The notes under the pieces were generated by a model. It ran no database searches. It had not been told where the DNA came from and saw only the letters and a program-made list of their open reading frames with translations. A stretch of DNA of 64,000 nt from positions 71,362,001-71,426,000 of the forward strand of contig CM126208.1 of assembly GCA_052327205.1 (NCBI GenBank), in the 5' to 3' direction. Both the position numbers and the translations under genes were made by a program. Origin of the DNA: Somniosus microcephalus. Its lineage: Eukaryota. Below are positions 11,758 to 23,905 of the stretch, in pieces (the first letter of the stretch is position 1; every line of letters begins with the position of its first letter).

Positions 11758-12650
11758 AATGGGGATGTTCGCTGATGATTGCACAGTATTCAGTTCCATT
11801 TGCAACTCCTCAGATTATGAAACAATCCATGCCCACATGCAGCAAGACCTGGACAACATTCAGGCTTGGGCAGCTAAGTGGCAAGTAACATTCGCACCAC
11901 ACAAGTGCCAGGCAATGGCCATCTCCAACAAGAGCGTCTAGCCACCTCCTCATGACATTCAAGGAGATTATCACCAAATCCCACACCATCAACACCCTGG
12001 GAGGTCCCCATTCACCAGAAACTTAACTGGACCAGCCACATAAATACTGTGGCAACAAGATCAGGTCAGAGCCTGTGTATTCTGCAGCAAGTGACTCACC
12101 TCCAGACTCCCCAAAGCCTTTCTACCATCTACAAGGCACAAGTCATCAGTGTGATGGAATACTCTCCACTTGCCTGGATGAGTGCAGCTCCAACACTCAA
12201 GAAGCTCGACACCATCCAGTTGAAAGCAGCCTGCTTGATTGGCACCCCATCCACCACCTTAAACATTCACTCGCTCCACCACCGGTACACAGTGGCTGCA
12301 GTGTGTACCATCTACAAGATGCACTGCAGCAACTCGCCAAGGCTTCTTCGGCAGCACCTCCCAAACCCGTGACCTCTACCATCTGGAAGGACAAGGGCAG
12401 CTGGCGCAGGGGAACACCATTACCTGCAAGTTCCCCTCCATCCTAACTTGGAAATATCGCCGTTCCTGCATCGTCGCTGGGTCAACGTCCTGGAACTCCC
12501 TCCCTTACAGCACTGTGGGAGTACCTTCACCTCACAGACTCCAACAGTTCAAGAAGCGGCTCACCACTACCTTCAAAGGGCAATTAGGAATGGGCAATAA
12601 ATGCTGGCCTTGCCAGCGACGCCCACATCCCATGAAAGAATTTTAAAAAA
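11758..12650 (+). mobile_element. CR1/L2-group LINE (second family), 5'-truncated, head-to-head with the copy at 9575-11757
   Basis: GMFADDCTVF...MQQDLDNIQAWAAKWQVTFAPHKCQAM; complete 3' tail GGGCAATAAATGCTGGCCTTGCCAGCGACGCCCACATCCC. Confidence 0.92.
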
Positions 12651-13058
12651 ATTTAAAGCATTAATCTCTTTTCAGGCACATTAGCCAACTCTATTTCCTC
12701 CCCTTCAACCCCTCCAATGGATTAATATTCCATTTATCTGCTAGGTTCACTTGCACTGTCTAAATATATAGTATTTAAATAATTAAAATTTTAAACTTTC
12801 AATGTTACAACATTATTTGCTTCCGAGTAATTCCAACACCAAAGGGTAGGAGGATAGGACAGCAGCTGGTGGTAGTGAGCATAGAAAAATGAGGAAGGAA
12901 ATTTTCTGGCAATGTTTGAACTGATGGAAATTGTTTGCAAGTCTATGTGCTTTTTACCACCCTATGCAAATGTAGATTTTATGCATCACTGCCAGTTCTA
13001 ACGTTTTGCATTTGCAAAATTCTGCCATATACGTATACAAATGCTGGTTCCCACTTAC

Positions 13059-13110
13059 AGCCATTGAGGTTAACCCAGGTAGCGTTCTGTTTATCAATTT
13101 CATTTTTAAA
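13059..13110 (-). CDS. Candidate 52-nt internal exon (frame ambiguous: FKNEIDKQNATWVNLNG or LKMKLINRTLPGLTSMA)
   Basis: Strong acceptor TTTTTCTCCTTCAG| and donor |GTAAGT; the second frame joins in phase to the 5716 exon, the first joins in phase to the 22493 exon. Confidence 0.45.
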
Positions 13111-14244
13111 CTGAAGGAGAAAAATCCCACTCTTACATCCATGGTTTGGAGTTCCTCGAACTGGAAGTTAAGCTGTGTTTAGATTAGGATTGTTGTCTCT
13201 GCATGGTACCTGCTTTCCCTGACACAACTGTGATCCAGTGTTACGGCATTCATTGAAAAGCAGATTAATAGTGCTTGGATGGTGTAAAGTGTCGTGTAAT
13301 AACACTGGCCCATTGTAGAGTTGAGTACGAGTCCCCACAAAATTCTTGATCTCATCCCTGCCGTCAAGCCGGACAAGTTAACCTGGTTGCTCTCAAAGAG
13401 TGAGAGTTGGCAGTAAGTCACCCTAGCATGCAAGGGAAATGTGCACAATGCTGGGGAACAAAGAAAAGGCAAGACAGGCACATACATATAGACACATATA
13501 CAGGTGCAGAGCAGCAAAGATGATTACAAAAATAAAAATACATGTAAATGGGAAGCAGTGAGGATAAACTGGAAAATTGCTGTTTGTACAGCAGAAATTG
13601 CATCACTGTCTCGAGCAAAGGAGGGTACAATGAGGAAACTAGAAAGCAGTGCACGAACTGGAGACATGAGCAGCACAGTATTGCATGCCCCACCAATCTA
13701 ACGACAAACCACTTGGGGAAAAAAAAACTGAAACAGGAAATTAAAACCCGGCTAATTTAAGATGACTAGACAGAAGAAAATGGCACAACAAAATTATGTG
13801 CCAGTCTGCACAGTATGTTGTTCGAGTTATCCTCTATTTTTACCTTGCAATATTCTGTTAAAAGTTAAAACCTGAAGAAAAAAAAAGTTTAAAAATAACA
13901 TTACAATCGGGCTATAACACAACCTGGGATAAGAATGAACTGTTCACAAATTCTTTTTATTGGGTCAAAATTCTACAACTGGTGTTTACCAGTAAAGATA
14001 TTTCTACAGAACGAGCATATTAAGTAATCATTGAGAATAAAAAACAAGTATTTTCTTCCCTCTGAAAGTTACTCCACAGCAAGCATGACCTTGCTTCCAT
14101 GCCCCTCGCACCCCCTTAACTCTGCAACACATTCACTGGGAAGCATGCCCAAGTAACATAGCTGAATGTTCCCATTAATACATTCATCTAGCAGGTAAGC
14201 ATTACCTCCAAGAAAGGAAACAAAAAAGAGAGAGAGAGAAAGAA

Positions 14245-14965
14245 AGGACTTGCATTTATATAGCACTTTTCACGGCCACCGGACGTCCCAAAGCGCTTCT
14301 GAAGTGTAGTCACGGTGGCAATGTAGGAAACATGACAGCCAATTTGCACACAACAAGCTCCTACAAACAGCGAAGTGATAATGACCAGATAATCTGTTTG
14401 TGATGTTGATTGAGGAATAAATATTGGCCAGCACACCGGGGATAACTCCCCTGCTCGCCCTCCTGCCATCTGGGAGATGCTACAGATGCATTCGCACCCG
14501 TACGACCAGATTTAGGAACAGCTTCTTTCCCAGGGCTGTCATCCTACTGAACTCCACAAATAAACTCTAAAGCCTGCACATCTGCCAATGCACTTTATTA
14601 TGGTTATGTTATGTTAATATACTACAAGCCAAATGTATGTTGAATGTTTAAATGTCTTAATCCAAATGTACACTCTCGGGAGCTGCAAGCCTACATTTCG
14701 TTGTACTGCACTTGTGCACTAACAATGACAATAAAAAGTTGATTTGATTTGATTTGATTCTTCGAAATAGTGCTGTAGGATCTTCTCCAGCCACCCGAGG
14801 GGTGAACGTCTCATCCGAAAGACAGCACCTCCAACAGTGCAGCACTCCTTCAGCACTGCACTGGAGTGTCATCCTAGATTTTTGTGCTGAAGTCTCTGGA
14901 GTGGGACTTGAACCCACAACCTTCTGACTCAGAGGCGAGAGTGCTACCCACTGAGCCACGGCTGA
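14245..14965 (-). mobile_element. SacSINE1/DeuSINE-like SINE interrupted by a Rex1/Babar fragment
   Basis: Reverse complement of 36073-36535; sequence CTCCCCTGCTC|TTCTTCGAAATAG is split at 14456/14758. Confidence 0.85.
14457..14757 (+). mobile_element. Rex1/Babar-type LINE 3' end
   Basis: Encodes LLPSGRCYRCIRTRTTRFRNSFFPRAVILLNS, matching the Rex1/Babar C-terminal motif as I know it; AATAAA and (TTTGA)n tail. Confidence 0.75.
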
Positions 14966-14984
14966 AACTCCAATCCAAGCAGCC

Positions 14985-15250
14985 TTACAGAATTTTATAT
15001 GTTTCAGTGAGATCACCCCTCATTCTTTTAAACACTAGGGAATATATACCGAGTCTACTCAATCGCACCTCATAGGACAATCCCCCCATCCCAGGAATCA
15101 GTCTAGTGAACCTTTGTTGCACTCCCTCTATGGCAAGTAACTTCCTTAGATAAAGAGACCAGAACTGTACACAATACTCCAGGTGTGGTCTCACCAAGGC
15201 CCTATATAATTGCAATAAGACTTCTTAAATCTTATACTCCAATCCCTTTG
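14985..15250 (-). mobile_element. CR1 RT fragment
   Basis: [21 protein letters not shown]...RMRGDLTETYKIL. Confidence 0.9.
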
Positions 15251-15294
15251 TAGAAGCTGAAGATAAAGACCTTGGATACTAGCCCATGCAATGA

Positions 15295-15705
15295 AAAAAA
15301 TTGAATTTACATAGTGCCTTCCACAACCTCAGCACGGCCCAAAGCACTTGACAGTGGAGTACAGTCACTGTTGCAATGTAGGAAACACAGCAGCCAATTT
15401 GTGCACAGCAAGGTCCCATAAATGACCAGATCATCTGTATTTTCGGTGTTGGTTGAGGGTTAAATATTGGACTGGACACTGGGAGTACTCCCATACTCTT
15501 CTTAAAATAGTGCCATGGGATCTTTTATATTCACTCGAGAGGGCAGACGAGGCTTCGGTTTAATGTCTCATCCAAAAGATGCGATCTCAGACAGTGCAGC
15601 AATCCCTTAGCACTGTACTAAAGTACCAGCCTAGATTATGTGATCAAGTCTTTGAATTGGGGCTTGAAACCACTAACTTCACACTCAGACTACCACTGAG
15701 CCAAA
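15295..15705 (-). mobile_element. SacSINE1/DeuSINE-like SINE (more degenerate copies at 16365-16665, 37810-38095, 39975-40195)
   Basis: Colinear with the reverse complement of 36073-36535. Confidence 0.8.
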
Positions 15706-16079
15706 ACTGTTGCAAGATGACACTGTTAAAGTAATTGCAAAATTGAAAAAGCACTGCATGACTGAAGCACTGTGACAACAACCCAATCAAATTTCAATGC
15801 ATTCTGGTGATGCCTCCTCCGCAACATAATTTTGCAGATGAAGCCATACTTATTTTATATATGTGGGTTTTAAAAGAAATAGATTCACACGTTGTTAAAA
15901 AAAAATCCAGGACCCACTGAACACGATTCTTAACCAACAAAACGGCCAACGTCCTAACAAACTTCATAATAAAAACCTGCAAATCAGCAGATATTTTATA
16001 CGGGTTTTAATTCTACAAATGTGCCAGAGTGCAAAAACATCAACAGCACTAGGCGCATAGAGCAGGAAAAAACACTTAC

Positions 16080-16204
16080 AATTATGAATTTGCTTTGAAA
16101 TGTTACAAACAAGTTGTAGAACTGGGCCATGGAAAACAGTTTCTAATCCACAGCGAAGAACCTTACTAAACCCAAGAGTAAACACACACCAAGTCAGTCA
16201 ACAC
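16080..16204 (-). other. Candidate exon, probably untranslated at its 5' end
   Basis: Acceptor TTTCTCTTCACAG| and donor |GTAAGT; stops in all three frames in the first 40 nt, then ATG GCC... open in phase 0 to the donor. Confidence 0.3.
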
Positions 16205-17399
16205 CTGTGAAGAGAAATTATAGCCCAACATTTCAGGCTGTCTGACACATGGTCTACACCTTTCGTTTTCCTCCTCGCACGCAGACTGACCTGTTGTCTA
16301 TTTGCGCCATTGTGTTTCTTTTTCAGATTTTCATTATTTCTTGTTATAAATTTCTTTTTAACATGGCCTCTTCACTCGGTATTCTCACCTCGGAGTCAGA
16401 GATTGGTGTTCATGTCTCACTCCAGGCCTTCAGCAGATAATTTAGGCTGGCATTGTGCAGTATTGGAGGGGTGCTGCATTTATCCCCATATCAAAGTCAA
16501 TACTTGTACCTCAACCAATACAACCAAAAACTGCTCATTCATTTAAGTGCTATCTGTGGGACATTGCTTGCACATTCACTTACATAACAAAAGTGGCTGC
16601 ATTTCAAATAAATGTATTCTGTGTGAAATTCGTTTGAGTGCTTGAGACATGATGAGATGCATAAATCAGTTTTTTTTTTATGGTCACGTTTATTTCCAAC
16701 ACCAGATTTCTGATTGGTCACCTTGGAGGACAAGACACACCCAGCAGTTTCTCTGGAATGTATAATTAGATCCTGCCTGCCCAAGTAATCATTTACTTTG
16801 CAAAGTGTAATTCGAGCCATTCTGACTGACAAACTCCAGACAGAACAGAGCTTACATAGAACAGACAGGGCTCACCCTTGAGGGTCAAGACCTTCTCCCC
16901 CACCACCCCGAGTTTCTGACCTTTGCCCTCCCCAACAAGTTCCTGACTCTGACCTTAGCACCACCCCACCCAAGTTCCTGGCCGACTCTGCCTGTCCAAG
17001 TTCCTCCCCCACCCAATCCAACCCCCCCGGGTTCCTGACCTCCCCCACCCCAATAGATGGGGTATTGTGTGTGGGTCACTGATTGGCAACAGGTTTATTT
17101 GGTATGAAGTGAATAGTCAGTGTCATGACTTGCGGATTTTATCCAGTCCAATGACGACACTTGCCACACACGCACTGAGCTTTCCAAGATATCAACCAGG
17201 TCTCGGGGGAGGAGAGGGAGAACCTAGTGCAGGTGTAAAGGGGGCGGGGTTGGAAGAACGTGATCCATTTTACCATCTGGATCATATTCTCGCGCTCATT
17301 CCCTCCACCTTTAGACCTGGATCGCGTTCTTCCCCCATCTCATGTGCTCTCTGTGCTCTTCACCACCTGCATTCCTGACCTCCCCTCCAATCTTGTAAC

Positions 17400-18117
17400 G
17401 TTGAGACCAGAACTGCACGCAGTACTCAAGCTGTGGCCTAACCAGTGTTGTATACAGTTCTAGCATAACTTCCCTGCACTTATATTCTATGCCTCAGCTA
17501 ATAAAGGAAAGCATTCCGTATGCCTTTTTAACTACTTTATCAACCTGTCCTGCTACCTTTAAGGATCTGTGGACATACACTCCAAGGTCCCTCTGTTCCT
17601 CCACACCTCTCAGTATACTCCCATTAATTGTGTATTCCCTTGCCTTGTTGCCCCACCCCAAATGCATTACCTCTCATTTTTCCGGATTGAATTCCATTTG
17701 CCACTTTTCTGCCCAACTGACCAGTTCATCGATATCTTCCTGCAATCTAAGGCTTTCCTCCTCACTGCCAACCACAAGGCCAATTTTTGTATCACCTTCA
17801 AATTTCTTCATCATGCCCCCTACATTTAAGTCTAAATCATTAATATATACTACAAAAAGTAAGGGACCAAGTACTGAGCCCTGTGGAACCCCACTGGAAA
17901 CAGCCTTCCAGTCACAAAAACTCCCCTTAACCATTACCCTTTGCTTCCTGCCACTGAGCCAATTTTGGATCCAGTTTGCCACTCTCCCTTGGATCCCATG
18001 GGCTATTACCTTTTTGATCAGCCTGCCATGTGGGACCTTGCCAAAAGCCTTGCTAAAATCCATGTACACTACATCAAACGTACTGCCCTCATTGATCCGC
18101 CTTGTTACCTCCTCAAA
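17400..18117 (-). mobile_element. Internal CR1 RT fragment
   Basis: YMDFSKAFGKVPHGRL...GVPQGSVLGPLLFVVYINDLD. Confidence 0.92.
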
Positions 18118-18119
18118 GA

Positions 18120-18380
18120 TCCCCTCGCTCTCTCGCCTACTCCTCTGATCCCCTCGGTCTCATGCCTCCCCTCCGATTCCCTTGCTCTCTCTCCCCGGAG
18201 CCACCAACCGATCCAATTACCTTCTCCTTACGGAGCTGAGGAAAGCGTGGCCCACGCTGCAGGCCGCAACTGTTGGGTACTGCGCACGCACGGCTTCGGT
18301 AAACAGTACACATGTGCAGAAGGGGATCGGGTGTGCATGCACGGCTCCAGGGTGCCGCTCGCATGCGCAGAAGGCCACAG
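18120..18380 (-). promoter_or_regulatory. Possible internal promoter/first exon (NRF1-like motifs, splice donors at 18221 and 18232)
   Basis: CpG-enriched patch with TGCGCACGCA and GCATGCGCA; minus-strand AAG|GTAATT followed by G-rich sequence. Could instead be a transposon remnant. Confidence 0.3.
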
Positions 18381-20564
18381 AAGTGTTTGTGCAGATTATC
18401 ACTCCGTTTTTTAAAATCTTTCCCTACTAAGCCCAGCGCAGTAAATTTCTAATACAGCACATTAATGGGAAAACAGGCATGTCACTCAAACAACTCAACA
18501 ATATCCTGCGCTGATCATGAAACTGCATATGTTGCCAACCTACTCTTAAGTGAGGGTCAACGGTTGTTTTCTGGTTTAGCAGAGAGGGTACAGCCCAAGG
18601 CAATTTCTGATTACCACCACCCCCCCCGCCCCCCTCAGCACCAGAAAGTTTAAAACCTCAGTTCTAACAACATGCTACATATGGTTACACAAAGACAAAC
18701 ACTGTACAATGAACAGGGCTTTGACATTTCCAAAAAAAAATAAAGTTCTTATACCCTTAAATTGATGTCATGAACAAAGGGTATAAATAACTGAACCTTG
18801 CTGTCACTTGGATTTCAGAATATCTAATGGTGATGTTCACCTGAACTATGGAAAACACCAGCTGCACAATTATGTATCTTGTCTTCCAAATTTGGGTAGT
18901 GACTGGCAAGAACATTTTCCATGAAGTGCCACTGGTCACTGGTCCATCACTGGCGGTGGTTAGTATTATTTGAGGTGGCAAATAATGATGATCAGACAAG
19001 GTGCCTATTTATTGCATTTCACACCGATGCTGGGACAGAGTGTGTTGCTCAAGCAGAGAACTGTGACCATCAAGCATTGTTCTCCCCTTTTCACCAAATC
19101 AGCATGCCACCTGTCTCTGCGGGAGAACCAATAGGACATCTGACAGTCACCCTCAAAATCCAGGAAAAAGATGCTGCTGATAGAACATCTAATGTGTAAG
19201 TATATACACACACCACTTGGGCATGTTATCTGAATCCCCTCTCAGAGATCCTCATGTACTCAATTAAACCCATATACTTAGCTTCAACTAAACATTACAA
19301 GATGACAAGAAAATTATGGATGAGCAAGGCCATTTGGCTCATTGTCTTAGTTCATCGATTCACAAATACCCTACAGTTCCCCCCAACACCACATCCAATT
19401 GTTTCTTACATGATTTCAGGGTTTGTCCTGCCACTACTAATCTGGGGTCCATTCCATACATTGATCGCTCTGAAAAATTTCCTGACGACATTAATCCTAA
19501 ATTTGCCTTTCACTAATTTGAACCTGTATTTCCTCGTCTTACTCTTGCAATTTAATTTAGTCATATTCCATATTTACATTTTCCACTCCCTTAACTATCT
19601 TACACACCTCTACAAAAGATCACCTCTCTGACACCTCCTTTCCAGGCTGAAAAGCCCACAAAAAACGACCAATTCCTCTCTTCTACCCCTCCTCCCTTCA
19701 GCGGTCTAGGTCCCATGCTCTGGAAATGCCTCCCTGTACCACTCTGCCTCTCCACCCCACTCTACTCCTTTTAAGATCCTCTATATGAAGTTTGTGATCA
19801 TCCCTCCTATATCTCCATCTTTGGACCAGCATCCATTTCTTTTTGATTACACCTCTGTGAAGTGCCTAAGGATGTTTTTCTATGTTGAAAGTGCTATATA
19901 AACACAAGTAGTTGTTATTTCTAACTTTCAAAACAGTGAAACAAAAAAGAAACAGAACATTAATCTACGTTTTGTGATGGATTTCCTGTTTCTGTTCACA
20001 AGGTATTGCAGAATAATGAAATGAACTACGGTACAAAGATTTACAAACTAGCTTTTTATCTTCAGTCATAATGCTGTATTAAGGATAAACCTAACTGCTC
20101 ATTTCATCTAATGGCGTATTGGTTAAATGCATTGCATGTTTTGATGCTGAGCTATATAAACAAGAACTAATTGAAACAGAATGTTTCCTGACAAACTAGG
20201 ATGCATTTTTCACAGGATACTGAAAATACCAAGTTCAGAGTCTGTTACTGTGTGTTGAGGATATATATGAATTATGTACATGCAGGAATAAAAAGAGAAA
20301 ATGTGAAATATAAACACATGGTGCTGGAAATACACAATATCCGCTATGAAAATTGATTAATTCTTTGGCTCAAGTCATTCATCAGAACGTATTCTCATGA
20401 TCCCACCTAAAACTACAACAATTTTCATTTATCCAGTGTCTATAACGGAGCAAAACATTTCATAGGCGTAATCAAAACAAAAGAAAGCTAAGCCAAAGGC
20501 GGGGGGGGGGGGGGGGGGTGCACAGGCCATGTTACAATAGTGGAACGAGGCAGCCTTAATGATT

Positions 20565-20670
20565 AGGGGTTCTGATGAAAGGTCATCGACCTGAAACGTT
20601 AACTCTGTTTCTCTCTCCACAGATGCTGCCTGACCTGCAGAGTATTTCCAGCATTTCCTCTTTTTATTAT
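20565..20670 (+). mobile_element. Penelope-like terminus with intact minimal hammerhead motif and 14-bp TSD
   Basis: GGGGTT-CTGATGA-A-AGGTC ATC GACCT-GAAACGTT-AACTCT; TTAATGATTAGGGG (20556-20569) versus TTAATGATGAGGGG (20670-20683). Confidence 0.82.
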
Positions 20671-20879
20671 TAATGATGAGGGGAATCTGGGTTGAATGGG
20701 ACACTGAAGTTGCAAGTAGTCTGGTTCAGCCTGAGACAGTGGCTGGGGAGGGGGTGGAATCAGTAGCATGGAAATGGAGTTTAGGGTTAAAGACTTTGGC
20801 TTTGGACTTCTCAATGTTTAGCTGCCGTTCTAATGAAGAGTCTCGCTGGAAACATTAGCTTATATTATGCCTTAAAAAG

Positions 20880-21008
20880 GCAAAATACTATGAATGGTGG
20901 AAATCTGAAATATCAATAGAAAATGCTGGAAATACTCAGCAGGTCAGGCATCATCCATGGAGAGCGAAACCGTTAACGTTTCAGGTCTGTGAGCTTTTGT
21001 CAGAACTG
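20880..21008 (-). mobile_element. Penelope-like terminus of the same family, hammerhead core mutated (CTGACAA)
   Basis: Reverse complement reads CAGTTCTGACAAAAGCTCACAGACCTGAAACGTTAAC plus the family tail. Confidence 0.8.
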
Positions 21009-21347
21009 GAAAATGTTACAGATGTAAAGAGGTTTTAAGCAAGCACAGAGGCAGGTTAGATGATTGGGGACAGGGGGTGAAGATGGTTGGGGGTGGGGGG
21101 AGAGACTTCAGTTACATCTTTCAAATGCTGAACGACTGTGCATTTAAAAAATTTAATACATTTGCACTCATTTGAAATTTTCTTCATCTCTGGGACCTGG
21201 TTTCAAATCAGACTGACAGGATGAAAGTCTCCTCTTTCAGGTGCTTTAATGGCACTAGCAAAATGAAGTCAAATCCGTCCCAATTCAGCTTCCTGAGAGA
21301 GTCAGCCCACAATATAAAACTACCCACAATTCAACATGAATTGATAC

Positions 21348-22331
21348 ATAGAAACATAGAAGATAGGAGCAGGAGTAGGCCATTCGGCCCCTCGAGCCTG
21401 CTCCGCCATTCAATGAGATCATGGCTGATCATCCAAACTCAGTACCCGGTCCCTGCCTTCTCCCCATATCCCTTGATCCCTTTAGCCTTAAGAAATATAT
21501 CCAACTCTTTCTTGAATATATTTAATGAAGTGGCCTCAACTGCCTTCTGTGGTAGAGAATTCCACAGGTTCACCACTCTCTGGGTGAAGAAATTCCTCCT
21601 CATCTCTGTCCTAAATGGTTTACCCTTATCTTTAGACTGTGACCCCTGGTTCTGGACTCCCCTGCCATCGGAAAAATCCTTCCTGCATCTAGTCTGTCTA
21701 GTCCTGTTAGAATTTTATAAGTTTCAATGAGATCCCCTCTCATTCTTCTAAACTCCAGCGAGTACAAGCCCAATTGACCCAATCTCTCCTCATACGTCAT
21801 TCCTGCCATCCCAGGTATCAGTCTGGTGAATCTTCGTTGCACTCCTTCCATGGCAAGAACATCCTTCCTCAGATAAGGCGACCAAAACAGCACACAATAC
21901 TCAAGGTGTGGTCTCACCAAGGCCCTGTACAACTGCAGCAAGACATCCTTGTTCCTGTACTCGAATCCTCTCGCTACGAAGGCCAACATACCATTTGCCT
22001 TCTTAACCGCCTGCTGCACCTGCATGCTTACCTTCAGCGACTGGTGCACAAGGACACCCAGGTCTCGTTGCACTTCCCCTTCTCCCAATCTATTGCCGTT
22101 CAGATAATAATCTGCCTTCCTGTTTTTGACACCAAAGTGGATAACCTCGCATTTATCCACGTTATACTGCATCTGCCATGCATCTGCCCAATCACCCAAC
22201 CTGTCCAAATCATACTGGAGTTTCTCGGCATCCTCCTCACAGCACACACGCCCACCCAGCTTTGTGTCGTCTGCAAACTTGGAGATATAACATCTAGTTC
22301 CCTCGTCTAGATCATTAATATATATTGTGAA
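21348..22331 (-). mobile_element. Young 5'-truncated CR1 LINE
   Basis: RT ORF within 21600..22421 from FTIYINDLD onward; same tail as the 9777 copy. Confidence 0.95.
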
Positions 22332-22492
22332 TACCTCATTCAAAAACATTGTAGGATAGTAAGTATGAGAAATGGAAATACCAAATGTTTTAGGACACGT
22401 TGTTGGATTAGAGCTGAGCAAACTGAAGTCTACCCATATTGTGCCGAACCAGAGAGCATTTATTTAATACAACAATGGAGAAGTAACTTTAC

Positions 22493-22610
22493 CTCACTCT
22501 GTATCTGATCTGAACGACACAATGCACAATCTAAGTCAAAAATGCAAGAGTTCCATTCCCTGCACGGATACTCTTCACCATGAATACAAATCTCCACCAA
22601 AATCACAAAT
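22493..22610 (-). CDS. Candidate 118-nt internal coding exon of gene B: FVILVEICIHGEEYPCREWNSCIFDLDCALCRSDQIQSE
   Basis: Acceptor CTTTTTTGTTTAG|, donor GAG|GTAAAG, exactly one open frame (phase 2 in, phase 0 out), unique sequence. Confidence 0.55.
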
Positions 22611-22726
22611 CTAAACAAAAAAGACTCATGTTTTAAATTGCATGCTGTTAGTGTATTCTCCATGAGGGGGATTTTTTTTCACCAGGATATCAGTATCAAG
22701 TGCGGATTGTTCTGCAACCACAATAC

Positions 22727-22862
22727 AAAAGCAAAAACTGCGGATGCTGGAAATCTGAAATAAAAACAGAAAATGCTGGAAATACTCAGCAGGTCAGGCA
22801 GCAGCTGTGGAGAGAGATGCTATCTGGCCTAAGTGTTTCCAGCATTTTCTGTTTTTATTTAT
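22727..22862. mobile_element. Fold-back (inverted) copy of the Penelope-like terminus lacking the hammerhead
   Basis: AATAAAAACAGAAAATGCTGGAAA ... TTTCCAGCATTTTCTGTTTTTATT inverted arms. Confidence 0.75.
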
Positions 22863-23905
22863 TCTTCAATCATTTCAGCTAAACTTCACTTCAGTGTCAG
22901 CAGAAGATTCAAAGTTATCACTGTTTAGGGAGTAGTTTATATTTATTAATAGGAAGTCAGTGATTTTAACTTTGCATTTGCCCAGAACGGTCACTTGAAT
23001 TTTATCTGGAGGAAATCAACCCTAGAAAGGAATCAATGTAAATTTGGTTTAGACATGAACTAAACAGGAGATGAGTTAAATCAGAAAAGGAAGAAATACA
23101 GGAACAAAGTAGTGGAGGGAACAATGAATGATCAGAGCCTGAGGAATCAACACACCATCACACATAATTTGAAAAGCGAGTAAGTCCAGCTGTGACAAAT
23201 TTACTCAAAAACTTTTTCCACTGTAAACAAACTTCTGTCAAGATCCACTTGAAAATGTGCAATGCTTAGTAGAAACTAAAAGCTCGCTTGGACAACCCAC
23301 CCTCAGAGTTGGAACAGTAATAAGGTACAATTGGATAAGATTTCACTTGTTTGAACGGGGCGGGGGGGGGGGGGGGGGGGGGGGGGGGAAACAGAAAACT
23401 ACATTCAAGATAGGAATTGCACCGAAAAAAGACCACGCTCCATCCAGTTTGTCTTCTAACATCCTGGTAGTCTCCATGATAATGGAGTTGCTGACTTATC
23501 GTGGCAATCAATCTCTATCAATTAGTCTACAACAGACCCAGACACAACACGTGGAAAAGTTTAGGAACCATAGGTCCAAAGTCACCTGTTCCTCCCAAGC
23601 ATGCTACACTTAACACATCATGTTTCAAATTACTTATATGCTGTATCCTAAATTTTATGAAAGAATTCTATCTAACAAGGGACAGGGCTACAAGACCTAA
23701 AAAAAATTTTTTTTAATATGTATTTGCTCTTAAGATGCGGGCTTGAGAAAGTAGAGGTGTGCCTCTTATAACTTGTTTTTTTTCCAATTGAGTGGCTTGC
23801 TAGGCCACTCCAGAGGTAACCACATAACAAGAGACTGGAGTCACATGCAGGACAGGCTGGTTCCCTTCAATGAGCCAGATGTTTTTCTTACAATCAGAAA
23901 CAATT

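Noticed and set aside
13111-13136. 26-nt GT-AG micro-intron between a GTAAGA donor and the 13110 acceptor
   Set aside because: Far below the vertebrate minimum intron size, and the upstream segment 13137-13424 has no frame open throughout.
18841-19196. Exon-like unique segment with splice-like sites on both strands
   Set aside because: No frame open across it on minus and no acceptor or gene context on plus; cannot be supported without RNA data.
22575-22610. Kinase-like ICDFG motif in an alternative frame of the exon
   Set aside because: That frame stops after 11 codons and no other kinase motifs are present.
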